A DNA stretch of 64,000 nt from Octopus vulgaris (GCA_951406725.2 OX597836.1:26226001-26290000); one strand, 5' to 3'. Numbered from the stretch's first letter, positions 10,540 to 26,792 are shown. The notes: generated by a model not told the origin, from the sequence alone. Numbers and translations: made by a program.

Positions 10540-10790
10540 AATGCATTCTCTTCCGCTTCTTGTGGAAAGGATGCGTTCCGATGGTCAGGCGATCCATTTG
10601 CTGTCAACACCCGTTAAAAGGAGGGCTGGGCATGCCGTGGTTGATGATGCGCAGACATGCGCTGAGATTGAGACATCTCCGGCTCTGCGTAGACGACGAT
10701 GAACAGGTGTGGTCGCCGTTTGTGAGGCACGCTTTCCCGCAGCTCGACTCCATGACCGAACTGCAGTCTGGATCAAAAAGAGGCCGAGGA
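10540..10790 (+). mobile_element. Tx1/L1-clade LINE ORF2 fragment
   Basis: LWKGCVPMVRRSICCQHPLKGGLGMP resembles the post-RT FLW...P..GGLG.P motif. Confidence 0.75.
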
Positions 10791-10839
<49 letters not shown>

Positions 10840-11649
10840 CATTATAATATTTTTTTATAATTATGAGTATAATTTTAAAAATAGTCTTTTACGATAAAAT
10901 GGTGAAACAGGTCAGTTCATCCCAAATTCTTTGTAAGCTAAATATATCTCCTTCTGTGTATATATATATATACTACCAAAATATGACCTTTTTGAACTTA
11001 TGATTTTCTGTGTATATATATAGATACTTCCAAACATGATTTCTAATGAAACCCTAATATTTTTTATGAACTTTTTAATAATTTCTCAAGATTTTTTTCT
11101 GTAAACTGTTTTTATCATCAAAAAATGTATATATGTATTGTAATATTTCGTGACAACCAGTACCTAACACAACAAAGATCTACCAGGACGAGACTCGTCT
11201 TCTAGGCTGTAGTTTCTAGCTTTGAATTTCTACAACCACCGTTGACACTGACTTACACTTATTGTCCGATCCCCATATACTGTATTAATATTCCTCGCAC
11301 TTTCCGTTGCGTTGTTGCCTTTATTGAACTCCTAAAGCAAAACATGCCAAATATACCCCTTTGTCACTTCTATTATAACGTTGAAAAAAAATTGTATAAA
11401 TCGTACTGCACTCTTCAAAACTTGCACTAAGAATAAGTACAAAGTAAAATTATTAGCTCCCTCTATAGTAAGTTGATGCCTATAGTTTATCCCGTTCCCT
11501 TCCGTCTTTTAGTTCATGCAACTGAAAACACCGCATTACTTATGGGATGACCCAATACATATATGTGTATGGGTGCGTGTGTGTGTACGTATGGGTGTGT
11601 ATACATACGAACATATATTTTGTACATCCATTCATATCTCTAAAATACA

Positions 11650-11651
11650 TG

Positions 11652-11705
<54 letters not shown>

Positions 11706-12512
11706 CATACATACATACATACATACATACATACATACATACATACATACATGTACATATGTACACATACCTTCGTACCTACATATACACACATACATAT
11801 ACGCTTGCATTCAGTCATACACACAGATACATACATACGTAAAAACATACAATCACACACACACACACTTATATATACACACACCCACTACATGCATACA
11901 CACATACATACAGACACACATGCACATGCATACCAACACACATACATACACACACATACACATGCATACCAACACACACACATACATACACACATAGAAC
12001 ATACATACAGGCACGTACCCATACACACACACACATGCACATACATACATGCACATACAAACATACATACATACACACATACATACACACACACATACAC
12101 ATGCATACCAACACACATACATAACACACATACGAACATACATACATGCATGTACCCATACACACACACACATGCACATACATACACACATACACATGCA
12201 TACCAACACACACACATACATACACACATAGAACATACATACAGGCACGTACCCATACACACACACACATGCACATACACACATACATACATGCACATAC
12301 AAACATACATACATACACACATACATACACACACACATACACATGCATACCAACACACATACATAACACACATACGAACACATACATACACGTACCCATA
12401 CACACACACACATGCACATACATACACACATACATACATACACACACAAACATACATACATACATACACACATACATACACCCACACACATGCATGCATA
12501 AACACACACATA
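11650..12512. repeat. Compound CA/TACA microsatellite with an internal duplication of about 234 bp
   Basis: CATAGAACATACATACAGGCACGTACCC occurs at 11993 and 12227. Confidence 0.85.
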
Positions 12513-12515
12513 CCA

Positions 12516-12747
12516 ATTTCTTTATTACCCACAAGGGGCTAAACATAGAGGGGACAAACAAGGACAGACATAGGTATTAAGTCGATTATATCGATCCCAG
12601 TGCGTAACTGGTACTTAATTTATCGACCCCGAAAGGATGAAAGGCAAAGTCGACCTCGGCGGAATTTGAACTCAGAACTTAACGGCAGACGAAATACGGC
12701 TACGCATTTCGCCCGGCGTGCTAACGTTTCTGCCAGCTCGCCGCCTT
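12516..12747 (-). mobile_element. tRNA-derived SINE family B (Meta-domain-like core)
   Basis: Minus strand: GGCGGCGAGCTGGCAG head and GAGGTCGACTTTGCCTTTCATCCTTTCGGGGTCGATAAATTAAGTACCAG core. Confidence 0.88.
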
Positions 12748-12820
12748 ATAAACACACACATACATACACACGCATACACACGCATACAACCACATACACA
12801 CACACATACACACACATACA

Positions 12821-12897
<77 letters not shown>

Positions 12898-13141
12898 AAA
12901 CAAGTACACACATTTTTCTTTTCCTGGATGAAGCTGCAAGACAACATGAAAATTTTAGCAAAAAAAAATTGGCAAAATGGAACAAAGAGTAGCATTGTGG
13001 TTATTATTAAAGCTTGGTATGTAGTTTGTCTATCTTTTGTCTCTCTCACTTAGTCATATAACTACATTAGCTGTGATCGATACAGATCGATACCATGCTA
13101 CATGAGCTGTACAGTTACTCTCTCTCTCTCTCTTTCTCTAC

Positions 13142-13180
<39 letters not shown>

Positions 13181-13456
13181 CTCTCTGTAAACTCTCCCAA
13201 ATAATACTAAATGTACGATTTCACCAACAGATACTATTGGACTTGGAGGTGGTGGTCATGGTGGTGGTCATGGTGGTAGGAGAACAGAACGCTTGTGGCC
13301 GGCGAGATGCAACATTTCATGAAGATTCTATGTGGGGAGGGGGCTAAGTGCATGCATGTGTGCGAACAATATATTTTATATATGTGTGTGTATGTGTGTC
13401 TGCGCGCTTGAGTGCACGTGCACGCACATATCTATGTGCACACACACATATATATG

Positions 13457-13513
<57 letters not shown>

Positions 13514-13740
13514 ATATATATGTGTGTGATTCTGTGTATGTATATATACGTATATATGTATACTCACACACATAAATACATACAGTGAGACAAAATGAGA
13601 CAAATATATGTATGAATATGTGTATGTCTATATGCACATACACACACATAGATACACACACATGCACACATACATATATACATATATATATATATATGTA
13701 TATATATACACACATACATATATATATACTGAGACATATA

Positions 13741-14528
13741 CGAGGTGCATTCAAAATGAATCTGACTTTATTTTTGGGCGCCAAACTAATGCCACCTGGG
13801 TAAAATCCTTTGGCTGTGGGGTGGTGGAGGGTGACACTATCATTCCTTGCATATGCAGAAGCAATTTCGCGGTGTTAGACTCCGTCAGTTCCCGGCTGTT
13901 ATGCCCGGAGTACAGACATGCATTGTACGCTAGCTGGACTTTCGTCTTCACGAAAGTTGACCGAACGCATGGAGCATCACCAGTGATGATGATCTTCACG
14001 GAGTCTCCACATGCACAAATCTGCCATTAAAATGGAATATACTGGTCCTGCGCTTATTCCCACCTAGTGAGTAATTTCCTGGATTCTTACACGATTGTCT
14101 TCCATGACTATTTTCCGAACCTTCTCAATCGGCTCCTCGTTTCGTCTCGCGGATGGCCTTGCTAAACATGCCTCGCTCTCCATTGACATGCGGATATGCT
14201 TGAAGCAGTTTTACCACTCCTTGATCTGAGTTTTGCCCATGGCATCATTGTCAAAGACCTGTTGAATCTTCTGGATAGCCTGAGTAGCACCAAGCTTTTA
14301 GATAAACTTATCTGCTCGGTATATTCAGTAAAAACGATAATCAGACGAGCGCACACCACACGTCTATATTCTAGGCGTAACATTTGGGAACTGACGTGGC
14401 TTACGGGCGTGAATATTTTCATGGATGCACAGGATGTGTGGCCTTATCTCCCACCTAAGCGATTTTGCCCACACAGCACTAGTTTTGGCCGGAAAAAATA
14501 AAGCTGGATACTTTTTTAATGCACCTCA
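13741..14528 (-). mobile_element. Internally deleted mariner element
   Basis: TA|CGAGGTGCATTCAAAA ... TTTTAATGCACCTCA|TA terminal inverted repeats with TA flanks. The minus strand gives decayed mariner N-terminal sequence (IQKIQQVFDNDAMGKTQIKEW...IEKVRKIVMEDNRV). Confidence 0.85.
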
Positions 14529-14726
14529 TACGTACAAACGTTGAATTCAAAAAACTATTAAAGAACTCCAAACCAGTGTTGTTTAACAGCCCTGCGCAAC
14601 TGGTATGATGTGCCACGAGACGATGGTAGGTGTGTCACAGTGTAACTTGAATATAATATTTTTCCCTATACTTTTAGTTATTTTCTTAGTTCGGGTGTAC
14701 CAGAGAATTTTGAATAGAATGTGTGG

Positions 14727-15111
14727 TGGAAGCACTCCGTCGGTTACGACGACGAGGGTTCCGGTTGATCCGAATCAACGGAACACCCTGCTCGTGAAAT
14801 TAACGTGTAAGTGGCTGAGCACTCCACAGACACGTGTACCCTTAACGTAGTTCTCGGGGATATTCAGCGTGACACAGAGAGTGACAAGGCCGGCCCTTTG
14901 AAATACAGGTACAACAGAAACAGGAAGTAAGAGTGAGAGAAATTTGTGGTGAAAGATTACAGCAGGGATCACCACCATCCCCTGCCGGAGCCTCGTGGAG
15001 CTTTAGGTGTTTTCGCTCAATAAACACTCACAACGCCCGGTCTGGGAATCGAAACCGCGATCCTATGACCGCGAGTCCGCTGCCCTAACCACTGGGCCAT
15101 TGCGCCTCCAC
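14727..15111 (-). mobile_element. tRNA-derived SINE family C, full length
   Basis: Reverse complement of 28711-29095. Imperfect target-site duplication (TSD) TGAA(T/A)AGAATGT. Confidence 0.92.
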
Positions 15112-15898
15112 TGAAAAGAATGTAAGCGTAACGCATGTGAAATTGGCTGCAGAACGCTGCTGTATAATGCTATTAATTTACTTTAATTCTGACAACGTCT
15201 AAATGTTGTGGTTAAAAGCTCTCAGAAGAATATATGTATAAGAAAAATACTTTATTATAATTAAGAAAGACAGAGAAAATAAATCTAAATCAAGAAGAAG
15301 ATAAAAGAGAAGAAGGAAGGATGCAGATGTGACAAATGTTAGTTTAATGTAAAAAGAATTAATTTTCGAATTTATGTACAATAAAGTTAATGGAAGAGTT
15401 TTCAGTAATTGAGAGATATGAAGTTAGTAGGTTATTAAGGTAAGGGGTAAAGTAAGGGAAATAACTCTTGTAAAGTAGAGTAAGAGCCTCCACTCACCGG
15501 CGGCCGCTGATCGTTTGGTACTGAGTCGCAAAGAAAGTTTTAAAATCTTATTCGTGTTCTGTTAAGCATCACATCTTGCGGGTGCCTTTAAGTTTTATAA
15601 TGTTTTATATGTGTAATATCACTGTATGATACAACCGACCAGGCTATCGGATGTTGTCATACACCGCCGATCACGATGCGCTTCTTCGCATTGCTGTAGC
15701 TTTCGAATGACGTCGGCCGCTGGAGATTGTACTGGGGTGGGGGTAGGGAGAAAGGCCAACATTTTCCCTGAACGGATGGAACGCCTGTAATTCGTAGGGT
15801 TATCCATTTACAACTAAATAGACTGACGCAAATTGAATCGAAACCAAGATCTTTGGATCACAATACCCTAACCGCTAAACCATGCGTATAACTTATGT

Positions 15899-15980
<82 letters not shown>

Positions 15981-16005
15981 GTGTGCGTGTACATATATAT
16001 ACATT

Positions 16006-16041
<36 letters not shown>

Positions 16042-16042
16042 C

Positions 16043-16089
<47 letters not shown>

Positions 16090-16090
<1 letters not shown>

Positions 16091-16480
16091 GCGTAGGTGT
16101 GGCTATGTGGTAAGAAGCTTGCTTCCCAACCACATGGTTCCGCGTTCAGTCCCACTGCGTGGCACCTTGAGTAAGCGTCTTTTTACTACACCCAAGGACC
16201 AACCAAAGCCTTGTGAGTGGATTTGATAGATGGAAACTGAAGGAAGCCTGCTGTATATATATATAAATTTATACATGCGTGTGTGTGTGTATGTGTGTAT
16301 GTCTGCCCACCATCATTGCTTGACAACCGATGTTGGTGTATTTACCTAGCAGTTCGGCAAAAAGGGTTCGATAGAATAAGTATTAGGCTTACAAAGAATA
16401 AATCCTGTGGGCCGATTCTTTCGACTAAAAACCCTTTAAGGCGGGGCCCCAGCTTAGTCACAGCCAAGTGACAGAAACAA
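16090..16480 (+). mobile_element. SINE family A (diverged)
   Basis: Head, body and tail are alignable to other family A copies. Confidence 0.85.
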
Positions 16481-16682
16481 GGGCTGAAATTTTAACTAGG
16501 AAGGGGTCAGTCGGATACACCGACCCCAATTCTCAAGGGGAACTTAATTTATCGAACCCCAAAGACGGATGAGACACCACAAAGCATTTTGTCCGGAAAA
16601 ACTGCTTTCTGGTATTTCGTCCGGCGTGCTAACTATTCTGCTAACACACCGCCTTTATAGATGTAATAATTAAATTATATGA

Positions 16683-17080
16683 GGGCGGCGAGCTGGCAGA
16701 ATCGTTAGCACGCCGGGCGAAATGTTTAGTGGTATTTCGTCTGCCGTTACGTTCTGGGTTCAAATTCCGCCGAGGTCGACTTTGCCTTTCATCCTTTCGG
16801 GGTCGATTACATAAGTACCAGTTACGCACTGGGGTCGATATAATCGACTTAATCCGTTTGTCTGTCCTTGTTTGTCCTCTCTGTGTTTAGCCCCTTGTGG
16901 GTAGTAAAGAAATAGGTATTTCGTCTGTCTTTACGTTCTGAGTTCAAATTCCGTCGAGGTCGACTTTGCCTTTCATCCTTTTGGGGGTCGATAAATTAAG
17001 TACCAGCTGCGTACTGGGGTCAATCTAATCGACTGGCCCCCTCCCCCAAAATTTCGGGTTATGTGCCTAGAGTAGAAAGG
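16683..17080 (+). mobile_element. SINE family B with internally duplicated body
   Basis: The GGTATTTCGTCTG...GTCGACTTTGCC unit is present twice. Confidence 0.88.
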
Positions 17081-17468
17081 AATAATTAAATTACATGTCA
17101 TGCTATTAATTGGGTTTTGTTATCTGCGTAATTCCTCGGTCTGTGCAGAAATTGCCCGCATGAAACCGGTTCGCGGTGCAAGAAAAGGTTGGTGTGGGGG
17201 TGGGGCGCTGCACTAAAGCACCTATATATTAGATTTATCACGATGGGGTCGGGGTGGGTAGGGAAAGAAGAAAGCATGGGTGGGAACTAAAGGAAAGAGA
17301 ATAATAACTTTCGCTGGTGCGCGTTTGTATAAGTAATTGAAAATGCTTGTGAATATGTTTGTCCTATATTGCCGTATTTGAAGTTAAAAGTTGCACAAGA
17401 TTTAATACCAAACAAGGAAAAAAACAGACCAGTAAATACTTATAGAAATTATTTATGGTTAAGCAAAT

Positions 17469-17509
<41 letters not shown>

Positions 17510-17533
17510 CATGCATACATATAGATAGATCGT

Positions 17534-17659
<126 letters not shown>

Positions 17660-17660
17660 C

Positions 17661-17712
<52 letters not shown>

Positions 17713-18909
17713 CCGCGCGCGACTAAGATGTAAAAGAATTTGAATTTAATTTAAGAAGGCAAATTGATTTGCGGAAAAATTTATAGAATCAAAATTTATT
17801 GCGAGCGTATAAGGTAAATGCGTACAAGTAAAAAAAAAGGGGGGATTTATGTTTGTCACGGCAGAGAGAGAAAGAAAGGAGGAGAGGGAGAAAACGAGAG
17901 ATAAAGAGAGAAAGAGAGAAGGGAGTGAAACAAATAGAGAAATAGAGCTTATGGGGGACAGAGGCAGAGAGACAAAGAGAGAGACAGAGAGAGAGAGAAT
18001 TGGAGAGATAGTGAGACAGAAGAGATGGCTGCCAAAGAAAAATAGGAAAGAGACTGACGCATGCGTGTTGTATGAAAACTGTGTCGCTGTATAAAACTGA
18101 ATTAAATGGTGCCGTGCAGGTTTATTTAATATTGTCAAATGTTATTATGGGTTAACAGGAGATTGGATGAAAAAACGGTTTTGTAAAAATATGTAATGGT
18201 TTATAGGAGACATTTAAGGGATTTTACGTAAATAAATAAATAAATAAATAAATAAGCTTATAAATATGAATATTAAATCATTCAAGATGGCGAAGATTTT
18301 TTTTCATCTTGAAATATTTTAAATCCTTCGTCGTAGACAACAAATTATTGCTTTTTTTTTTCATTTAATCACACTTCTGGATATTCAATAGTTCATTGGT
18401 GTTATTGTTGTTGCTGTCGTTGTAGTTGTTTTTGTCGTTTGCTGGTATTTTTTGCTGTTCTTTTTCTTCTTCTCCTTCTCCTCCTTCTCCTTCATCTTCT
18501 TCTCCTTCATCTTCCTCTTCTTCCATTTCATCTATTTCCTCTTCATCTTCATCTTCTTCCTCTTCTCTTCCTCTTCATTTTCTTCGCCTTCTTCTTTCTC
18601 TTCCTCTTCATTTTCTTCGCCTTCTTCTTTCTCTTCCTCATCCTTCTCCTCCTCCTTCTTCAGCTTCTCCTTTTTTTTCTTCATCCTCATCCTCATCCTC
18701 CTCCTTCTTCTTCTTCTTTCTCTTCTTCAGCTTTTTCATCCTCTTCAAAGGACACAGCGGACGTTGTGAGGGGGCAGAGGCGGCAGCAGTGAGCGGTGGC
18801 AGCGGTGGAAGTGGTGGCGGTGGTCGTTCTAGTCGTCGTGGTTTGACATGCGATGAATAGTCTTTCGACGTATGTCATGTGTATTTTTTTCTACAGGAGA
18901 CACGTAAGA

Positions 18910-18971
<62 letters not shown>

Positions 18972-19479
18972 CTCTCATCATCATTTTTATTAATATTACT
19001 AGCATACCCGTGTCGTCAAAAATGCCGAGTTTTGTTAATGATAGAAGATGGCACATCAACACAATGGGAGAAATCATTGGTAAATGATGATGCAATACTT
19101 ACAATGTAATGATTTCAAACAGGCTAGGATAAAATAACGAGCAATCAGAATTTACTCATTAACCTTATTTACCCACTCCCCCCACCCGACCCCAAACACA
19201 CACTTATCCAAGTGGTGCTCATCGTGGCTGGTGGAGAAGACCATTGCTTTGCTGTTTACGGCCAGATATCTTTAGGCCTTTGGAGTGTTTCCTGTGGCCG
19301 TCCTGCTCCTTAAAGTTATTGGGAGATTTGAAAGGGCATCTTGGATGAACACCTGCATTGTGTGGGGCTAAACGATAAACGATGGCCTCGTGGATTATCT
19401 CAGACGTTTCCAGTTGTTTGATAGGTACTGTCAGGATTGCTCCTGTGTGCCAATATGGGCGTGGACAAACCACAATGGA

Positions 19480-19710
19480 TCATCCAGAACGTATCCTGAC
19501 AGAATATCCTGGAGAACAGCAGGACAAGTCTATCCACGACAACCTCCATTTCATGCGATGCATCATAGAGAAGGTGGGCAAGGGACCTGACATAAGTAAT
19601 ACCCTGATCAATTTAGATCACTTATAAGACCTCGATAGGTCGATCAGAAATACAAGGCGGCCGTCCTCGCCAGAGTCAGTTTCGATCCCGTCTTCTACAG
19701 TTAAATCGAT
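19480..19710 (+). mobile_element. Tx1/L1-like RT fragment
   Basis: KSIHDNLHFMRCIIEKV...LINLDH followed by a frameshifted K..DRVD motif. Confidence 0.65.
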
Positions 19711-20446
19711 ATCGAGCGACAAAAATCTACTTATATTGTATTGTCGAATTAACTACATCAACAGTCAACCATTTTTAACTCCCGTTCCACGGCCCGAAGG
19801 GACACAACCCTTATCTCCCTTCCCCTTCCACCAAAATTTGTTCTCTTGTCCCTCTTTTCATTTACTTTTTGCCTCTCGTCCTTTCCTGTTCTTTTCCGTT
19901 CTTTCTCACTTTGTTTTTAGTGAGCAGCCATGTTGTATTTTGAGCTTGAATGATTTGCCCGATTATACACAGCATCTAGACAAGATTGTCCGACTATTCT
20001 ATTATCAGGGGCATGAAATTTCTAGTAACTCGCTCTTAAATCTTGTGTGCATACATTCATGCATACATACATTTATACATACATACCTTCATACTTTCAT
20101 ACATACATACATACATACATACATACATACATACATACATACATACATACATACATACATAAATATATACATACATACGTACATACATACATTGCTACAT
20201 AAATATATTCATACGTTCATACAATCATACATACATACATATGTATATAAATCTATATCAGATATATACAGACGCGCAAACAAACGCATGCATACGTGCA
20301 TATACATTCTTAAACATTTACACATACAGACAAGCACATACATCAACATACACCATTTTTTTTTTCTCTCTCTCTCTCTCTCTCTCTCTTTCTCACACAT
20401 ACATACATCTATTCTATATATATATATCTACTTACACTCATGCACA

Positions 20447-20483
<37 letters not shown>

Positions 20484-21208
20484 AACATACCCAAACACTC
20501 TACATACAGTACTCATGCACAAACAGACTTACAGATTTACACACTCACACACACACGGGCGCGCGCGCGCGCGGCGCACGCACGCACGCTATCCAAACAC
20601 ATTTACATAAAGAAACTTGTCATGCTATTAAGGATTGGTTCCTTCATGCTTTATGAAAAACTAGGGTCCATCTATTTTTAAATAGATTCAGCCAGACAGA
20701 CAGGCAGGCAGACAGACAAGCGGACGAACGGACAGACAGAAAGACATACAAAGATACATTCATCCGTACGTACATACATACATACATACACATACACACA
20801 CATACATGCATACATACACACTCCACGCCCACACACGCTCTCCAATACCCTCGCCACACACACCACTATACGAACACCCCCGTACACTGTTCAACTCAGG
20901 AACCACTTCACACGCCATTATACACACTCTCTCCTCACACACACATGCATTCACACACTTTCCCACAGCACACCCACACACATATACATAGGCACCCCAC
21001 CTCGCACCTCCATGTGCCCCCACACACACAACACAGTATTTGCCCCTAAAATCACACACAATGCACACAACATGCCCGGACACAGACAATATACACACGC
21101 ACACAACGCGCATAAACATACAAAATACACATGCACTATAGGGTCACACACACACACACTTCATGCACTAACACACACACACACCACTCGAACAAACACA
21201 CATTAACT

Positions 21209-21622
21209 TATTTCTTTACTACCCACAATGGGATAAACACAGAGAGGACAAACAAGGACAGACACACGGATTAAGTCGATTATATCGACTCCAGTGCGTA
21301 ACTGGTACTTAATTTATCGACCCCGAAGGGATGAAAGGCAAAGTCGACCTCGGCGGAATTTGAACTCAGAACGTAACGGCATGCGAAATACCTATTTCTT
21401 TATTACCCACAAGGGGCTAAACACAGAGGGGACAAACAAGGACAGACATAGGTATTAAGTCGATTACATCGACCCCAGTACGTAACTGGTACTTAATTTA
21501 TCGACCCCGAAAGGATGAAAGGCAAAGTCGACCTCGGCGGTATTTGAACTCAGAACGTAACGACAGACGAAATACCGCTAAGCATTTCACCCGGCGTGCT
21601 AACGTTTCTGCCAGCTCGCCGC
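21209..21622 (-). mobile_element. SINE family B, duplicated body
   Basis: Two tandem core units on the minus strand. Confidence 0.88.
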
Positions 21623-22173
21623 ACATTAACTGCTACACATAAGCGTTTACACACGCGGACACACAAACACGCACACACATGATAGTCTCACACACATGCA
21701 TACACGTCCATATGCAGACACACGCATGCATATACACGAAATGCATATCACTTACACTACACACGTACTAGGTTTGTTATGCACATACACACACATGCTC
21801 CCATACGCACACACAAGCCCGCATGATTTTAAGCTAGTCCACACACACATTTCAAAGTTTCGGCTAACTCAGCCATCGTTGGACTGCGATATACTGAAGT
21901 TGATCTAGACTTTATATAGTCCTTGCTAAGTTAAAATTTCCCTTGGGTGTGTGGGTGGGTTTGAGTGGAGTGGTTCTTAGATTTTAAAGTGGATTGTTAT
22001 GGAGAGGTGTTTTAGAGAAATTTTTATTGATTCAGTTTGGGGTTATGTAGTTGTTTACAACTTATTCAAGTACGTAGAACTTTGTAAGCGGGTGTGAATA
22101 TTTAAGTGTGTCGCTTCTGTTAGGTGGACACCAGATGTGACACTAGTTTGATTAATTTTGGTTGTAATGATGA

Positions 22174-22236
<63 letters not shown>

Positions 22237-22661
22237 TGTGTGTGTGTGCGCGTGTGTGTGCATGTATGTATGTATATATTTAAAGACAGAGACGAGGAAA
22301 GAGGGGGAGAAAGACAGACAGAAGTATCTCCATATATCCAAGCACACATATATATACGTCCAAGCATATTCATACATGCGTACAAATGTATTTTTATGCA
22401 CACACTTATACATGTGAGTGTACACTTATATATATGTATATATATACATATACATATATATGGTTGTATACACAGACATATTTGTGTATATATATATATA
22501 ATTTAGGTTTAAGCAACAAGTTGCTTCACCACATACCGAAAATTTAGAAATAGCAGCCAAAAGACAGCTCATTTTTTACTACATATTCGACTCCACAGAT
22601 AACAATATTTGTAACTCACATAAGCAAAAAGAAGAAAAATAACGAAATCAGTCTTCGATTA

Positions 22662-22719
22662 ATTATGGACGCGTTTCTGGATTAGAATTATACAAATTCA
22701 TTTCCTTCCTCAACATAAT
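22662..22719 (-). ncRNA. Hammerhead motif with C3U change (probably weakened or inactive)
   Basis: AUUAUG-UUGAGGA-aGGA...UCCa-GAAA-CGCG-UC-CAUAAU. Stem I is a perfect 6 bp, ACGCGU is palindromic, and the triplet is GUC. Confidence 0.65.
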
Positions 22720-23275
22720 ATTTGGAGTATTGGCTCCTTTGCCTTTCCCTTGGATAACACTGGTGACGTGGAAAGGGGAGGCCAGTATGCATGGGCGACT
22801 GCTGGTCTTCCATAAACAACCTTGCCCGGACTTACGTCTGGGAGGGTAATTTTCTAGGTGCAATCCTATGCTCAGTAAATATAGAAGGAGGTCTCAGCAA
22901 TGTATATATGTATACACACACTTATATGTATATGTATGTATATATATATATATATGTGTGTGTGATGTGTGTGTGTGTGTGTGTGTATGTATATATATAT
23001 ATATATATATATACATACACACACACACCTTTGCATTTGATTTTTTAATGTCTTTACCCCCATACTTTTGTGAGTTGTATTGAGCAAACACTATATGAGA
23101 GAGATTTTCTTTAAGTATTAGAAATAGTTTTAAAAAAGTTTTTTTAGCTACTATTTCTAATGAGTTCAGTATGTGGCAAAGTAATTTATTTTACTAAGCC
23201 CTTTTATATAATGTAATAATTTGAATTCGCCTTAAATGGTCCCTTTACATACTGAACACTTGGTGAAATTGATTA

Positions 23276-23877
<602 letters not shown>

Positions 23878-24464
23878 TGAACATATATATGTATATGCAT
23901 ATATCTATGTATATGCATGTATATACATGCATATATATACATATATATATATATAAACATACACATACATATATAATTATCTGTGTATGCATATATATAC
24001 ATACATATATTTGTACACACGCACACACAAGTTCACACAAGCATACTTACATATACACATGCATATACACACGTACATACATATATACATTTCTACATCC
24101 AACAGCCACACGTATAACATAAATCCAGACGTCCATTGGTACGCTTAAATATCATCCAGAGACTCGTTATTACTAGTTATGAGTTTTAGTTCTCTGTATT
24201 GTACAGCGAGATTCCGCAGTTTCTGCGCCAGTTCACTACAAGACGTCAGATCGTGTAGAATGAAATATAAACACAAATTAGACAGAAGCAGTCATCTGTA
24301 AGCGAATAGAACATTGATTTATGAGGAATACGCCATGAATTAAAAGAGGTCGTAAAATGTCTTCGCGAGCATTTCCCTGTAATTACGTCATGTGACCAGG
24401 ATAAGTGTTATTTAAGTGTAATCATTCGTTGTGTGCACACACATAAAGCGTCTATATGTATATA

Positions 24465-24524
<60 letters not shown>

Positions 24525-24655
24525 TATATGTATGTGTATACATGTATGTATATTTGTATATATACATATTTATACATTTATCTATCTATATATATATATA
24601 TTTACATATATATATATCATATATATATGCATACATATATATGTATATGTATATA

Positions 24656-24702
<47 letters not shown>

Positions 24703-25115
24703 AAGTATGGGTGTGTGCATGCGTAGATAGATATTCATGCACATGTATACACATACATACATACATACATACATACATACATAAATACATACATGCATAC
24801 ATACATACATACCTACATACATACATACATACATACACACACATACATACATAAATACATACATACATACATACACACATGCATACATACATACACATAC
24901 ATACATTCATACATACATACATACATACACACTCACACATGAAAACATACATACATACATACATACATACATACATACATGCATACATACATACATACAT
25001 ACATACATACATACATACATACATACATACATACATACATACATACATACATACATACATACATACATACATACATACATACATACATACATACATACAT
25101 ACATACATACATACA

Positions 25116-25146
<31 letters not shown>

Positions 25147-25440
25147 TCTCCCATAATACTATTAACCTCTCATAGACACAATGCCACAATCTTTAAGGAA
25201 TGGATTTTACTGACGATATTCAACTTTCACTGGTATTGTATCGGTGCCGGGAGGATAAATAACAAAGCTTACCTCGACACGGTTCGAACTCAGAATTTAA
25301 AGAGGCATCAAATTAAGAAAACGAGGCATTTAATCCGAGATGCTCTAATGATTCTGCCACGTATATCGGGGCAGTGAACCTAAAAGATTTATTTGCTGGT
25401 GAGATTTGAACTTAAAATAACAGAACAGTGAAACATAATA

Positions 25441-25635
25441 TTCTTTTCTACTCTAGGCAGAAGGCCCGAAATTTTGGGGGAGGAGATCAGTCGATTAGAT
25501 TGACGCCCAGTACGTAACTGGTACTTAATTTATCGACCCCGAAAGGATGAAAGGCAAAATTGACCTCGGCGGAATTTGAACTCAGAACGTAACGGCAGAC
25601 GAAATACTGCTCAGCATTTCACCTGGCGTGCTAAC
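25441..25635 (-). mobile_element. SINE family B
   Basis: Family B core and tail present. Confidence 0.85.
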
Positions 25636-25828
25636 ACACTTGTACAACATAGACTTCCATGTTGTTGACACGACCCAGATACCAACCTAGTTAGATATTT
25701 GGTGTCACTAGAGGTAAGAACATCATGATTTTCCGATGGTGCTGGAGATTCAAAGATTCCTAAATTGACCAATATATGCATAACTGGAATAACCTTCTCC
25801 ACTGGAAGAGCCAGAAAAAAGGACAGGT

Positions 25829-25930
25829 GTGGAGAAGCCAAGGATTAAGTGGCCGATGACAAATGATGCAGCGAGCTATAAGAAATTTGACGACGAGGTA
25901 GCAAGAATGACCACCAAATTCAAAGTGGGC
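25829..25930 (+). mobile_element. Possible fragment of a HERO/NeSL-type LINE N-terminal region
   Basis: EKPRIKWPMTNDAASYKKFDDEV resembles the RIKWP...FD..V motif of restriction-like endonuclease LINEs. This is from recalled similarity only. Confidence 0.4.
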
Positions 25931-26388
25931 GTTGCCAGGGTGGCCATTTGCCCGCTGACTTTCGTCGACGCTGCATCGAAGAAACCAAAGAGCAAAACAA
26001 AAACACAAAAAAAAAAAGCAAGGAAAAACGCACTCGGCACTAGAGCTGAAGACACTTCCGAAAGTGGGGGGGGGGGGCGCCACGTCGTAAAAAGGTCGAG
26101 GAGTAGGAGCCGAAACCGGACGGGATTCCTCCTGATGATGTCCTTAACCACTGGATCCCATAAAGGATTTGTTGAGGTAGCGAACCACGAAACGTGGTTG
26201 GAATTCCTTAGATATGAGTGAACGAAATCTAGGTATGTGACATCTATTGGTGTTACTGCGCGTCACAGACACCGCCCTAAAATTTGTATAACCCTCCACC
26301 AAAATAAAGAGAGTCACCCACGAGTATTGTATTACCCATGTATCGCTTGCCATACCATCATCATACTACCATGTGACCTTTAAACACA

Positions 26389-26748
26389 CATTATGGTGCC
26401 CTCGAAAATTGGGTCTTTTGATCGGTTTGTGCTACATTCCAAGTCAGAAAATTATAAATTATAGACTGTGTATATGTGTGTATGTTTGTATAGACACACA
26501 CACACACACATACGCATACACACACACATACACACATACACATACACACACACATACACTTACATACACACACATACATACACACACGCACACACACACG
26601 CACACACACACACATACACACACATACACATACACACACATACACATACATGCACACACGCACACACACACGCACGCACACACACACACACACGCACACA
26701 CACGCACGCACACACACACATACACATACATACACACACGCACACACA

Positions 26749-26792
<44 letters not shown>

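Noticed and set aside
11547-12580. Long His/Thr/Tyr- or Cys/Val/Met-rich ORFs (up to 331 aa), and many similar ones elsewhere
   Set aside because: They are translations of CA/TA/TACA microsatellites that happen to lack stop codons.
18999-19040. Possible Helitron 3' end on the minus strand (CGGGTATGCTAG|T)
   Set aside because: No 5' end or second copy was found in the window.
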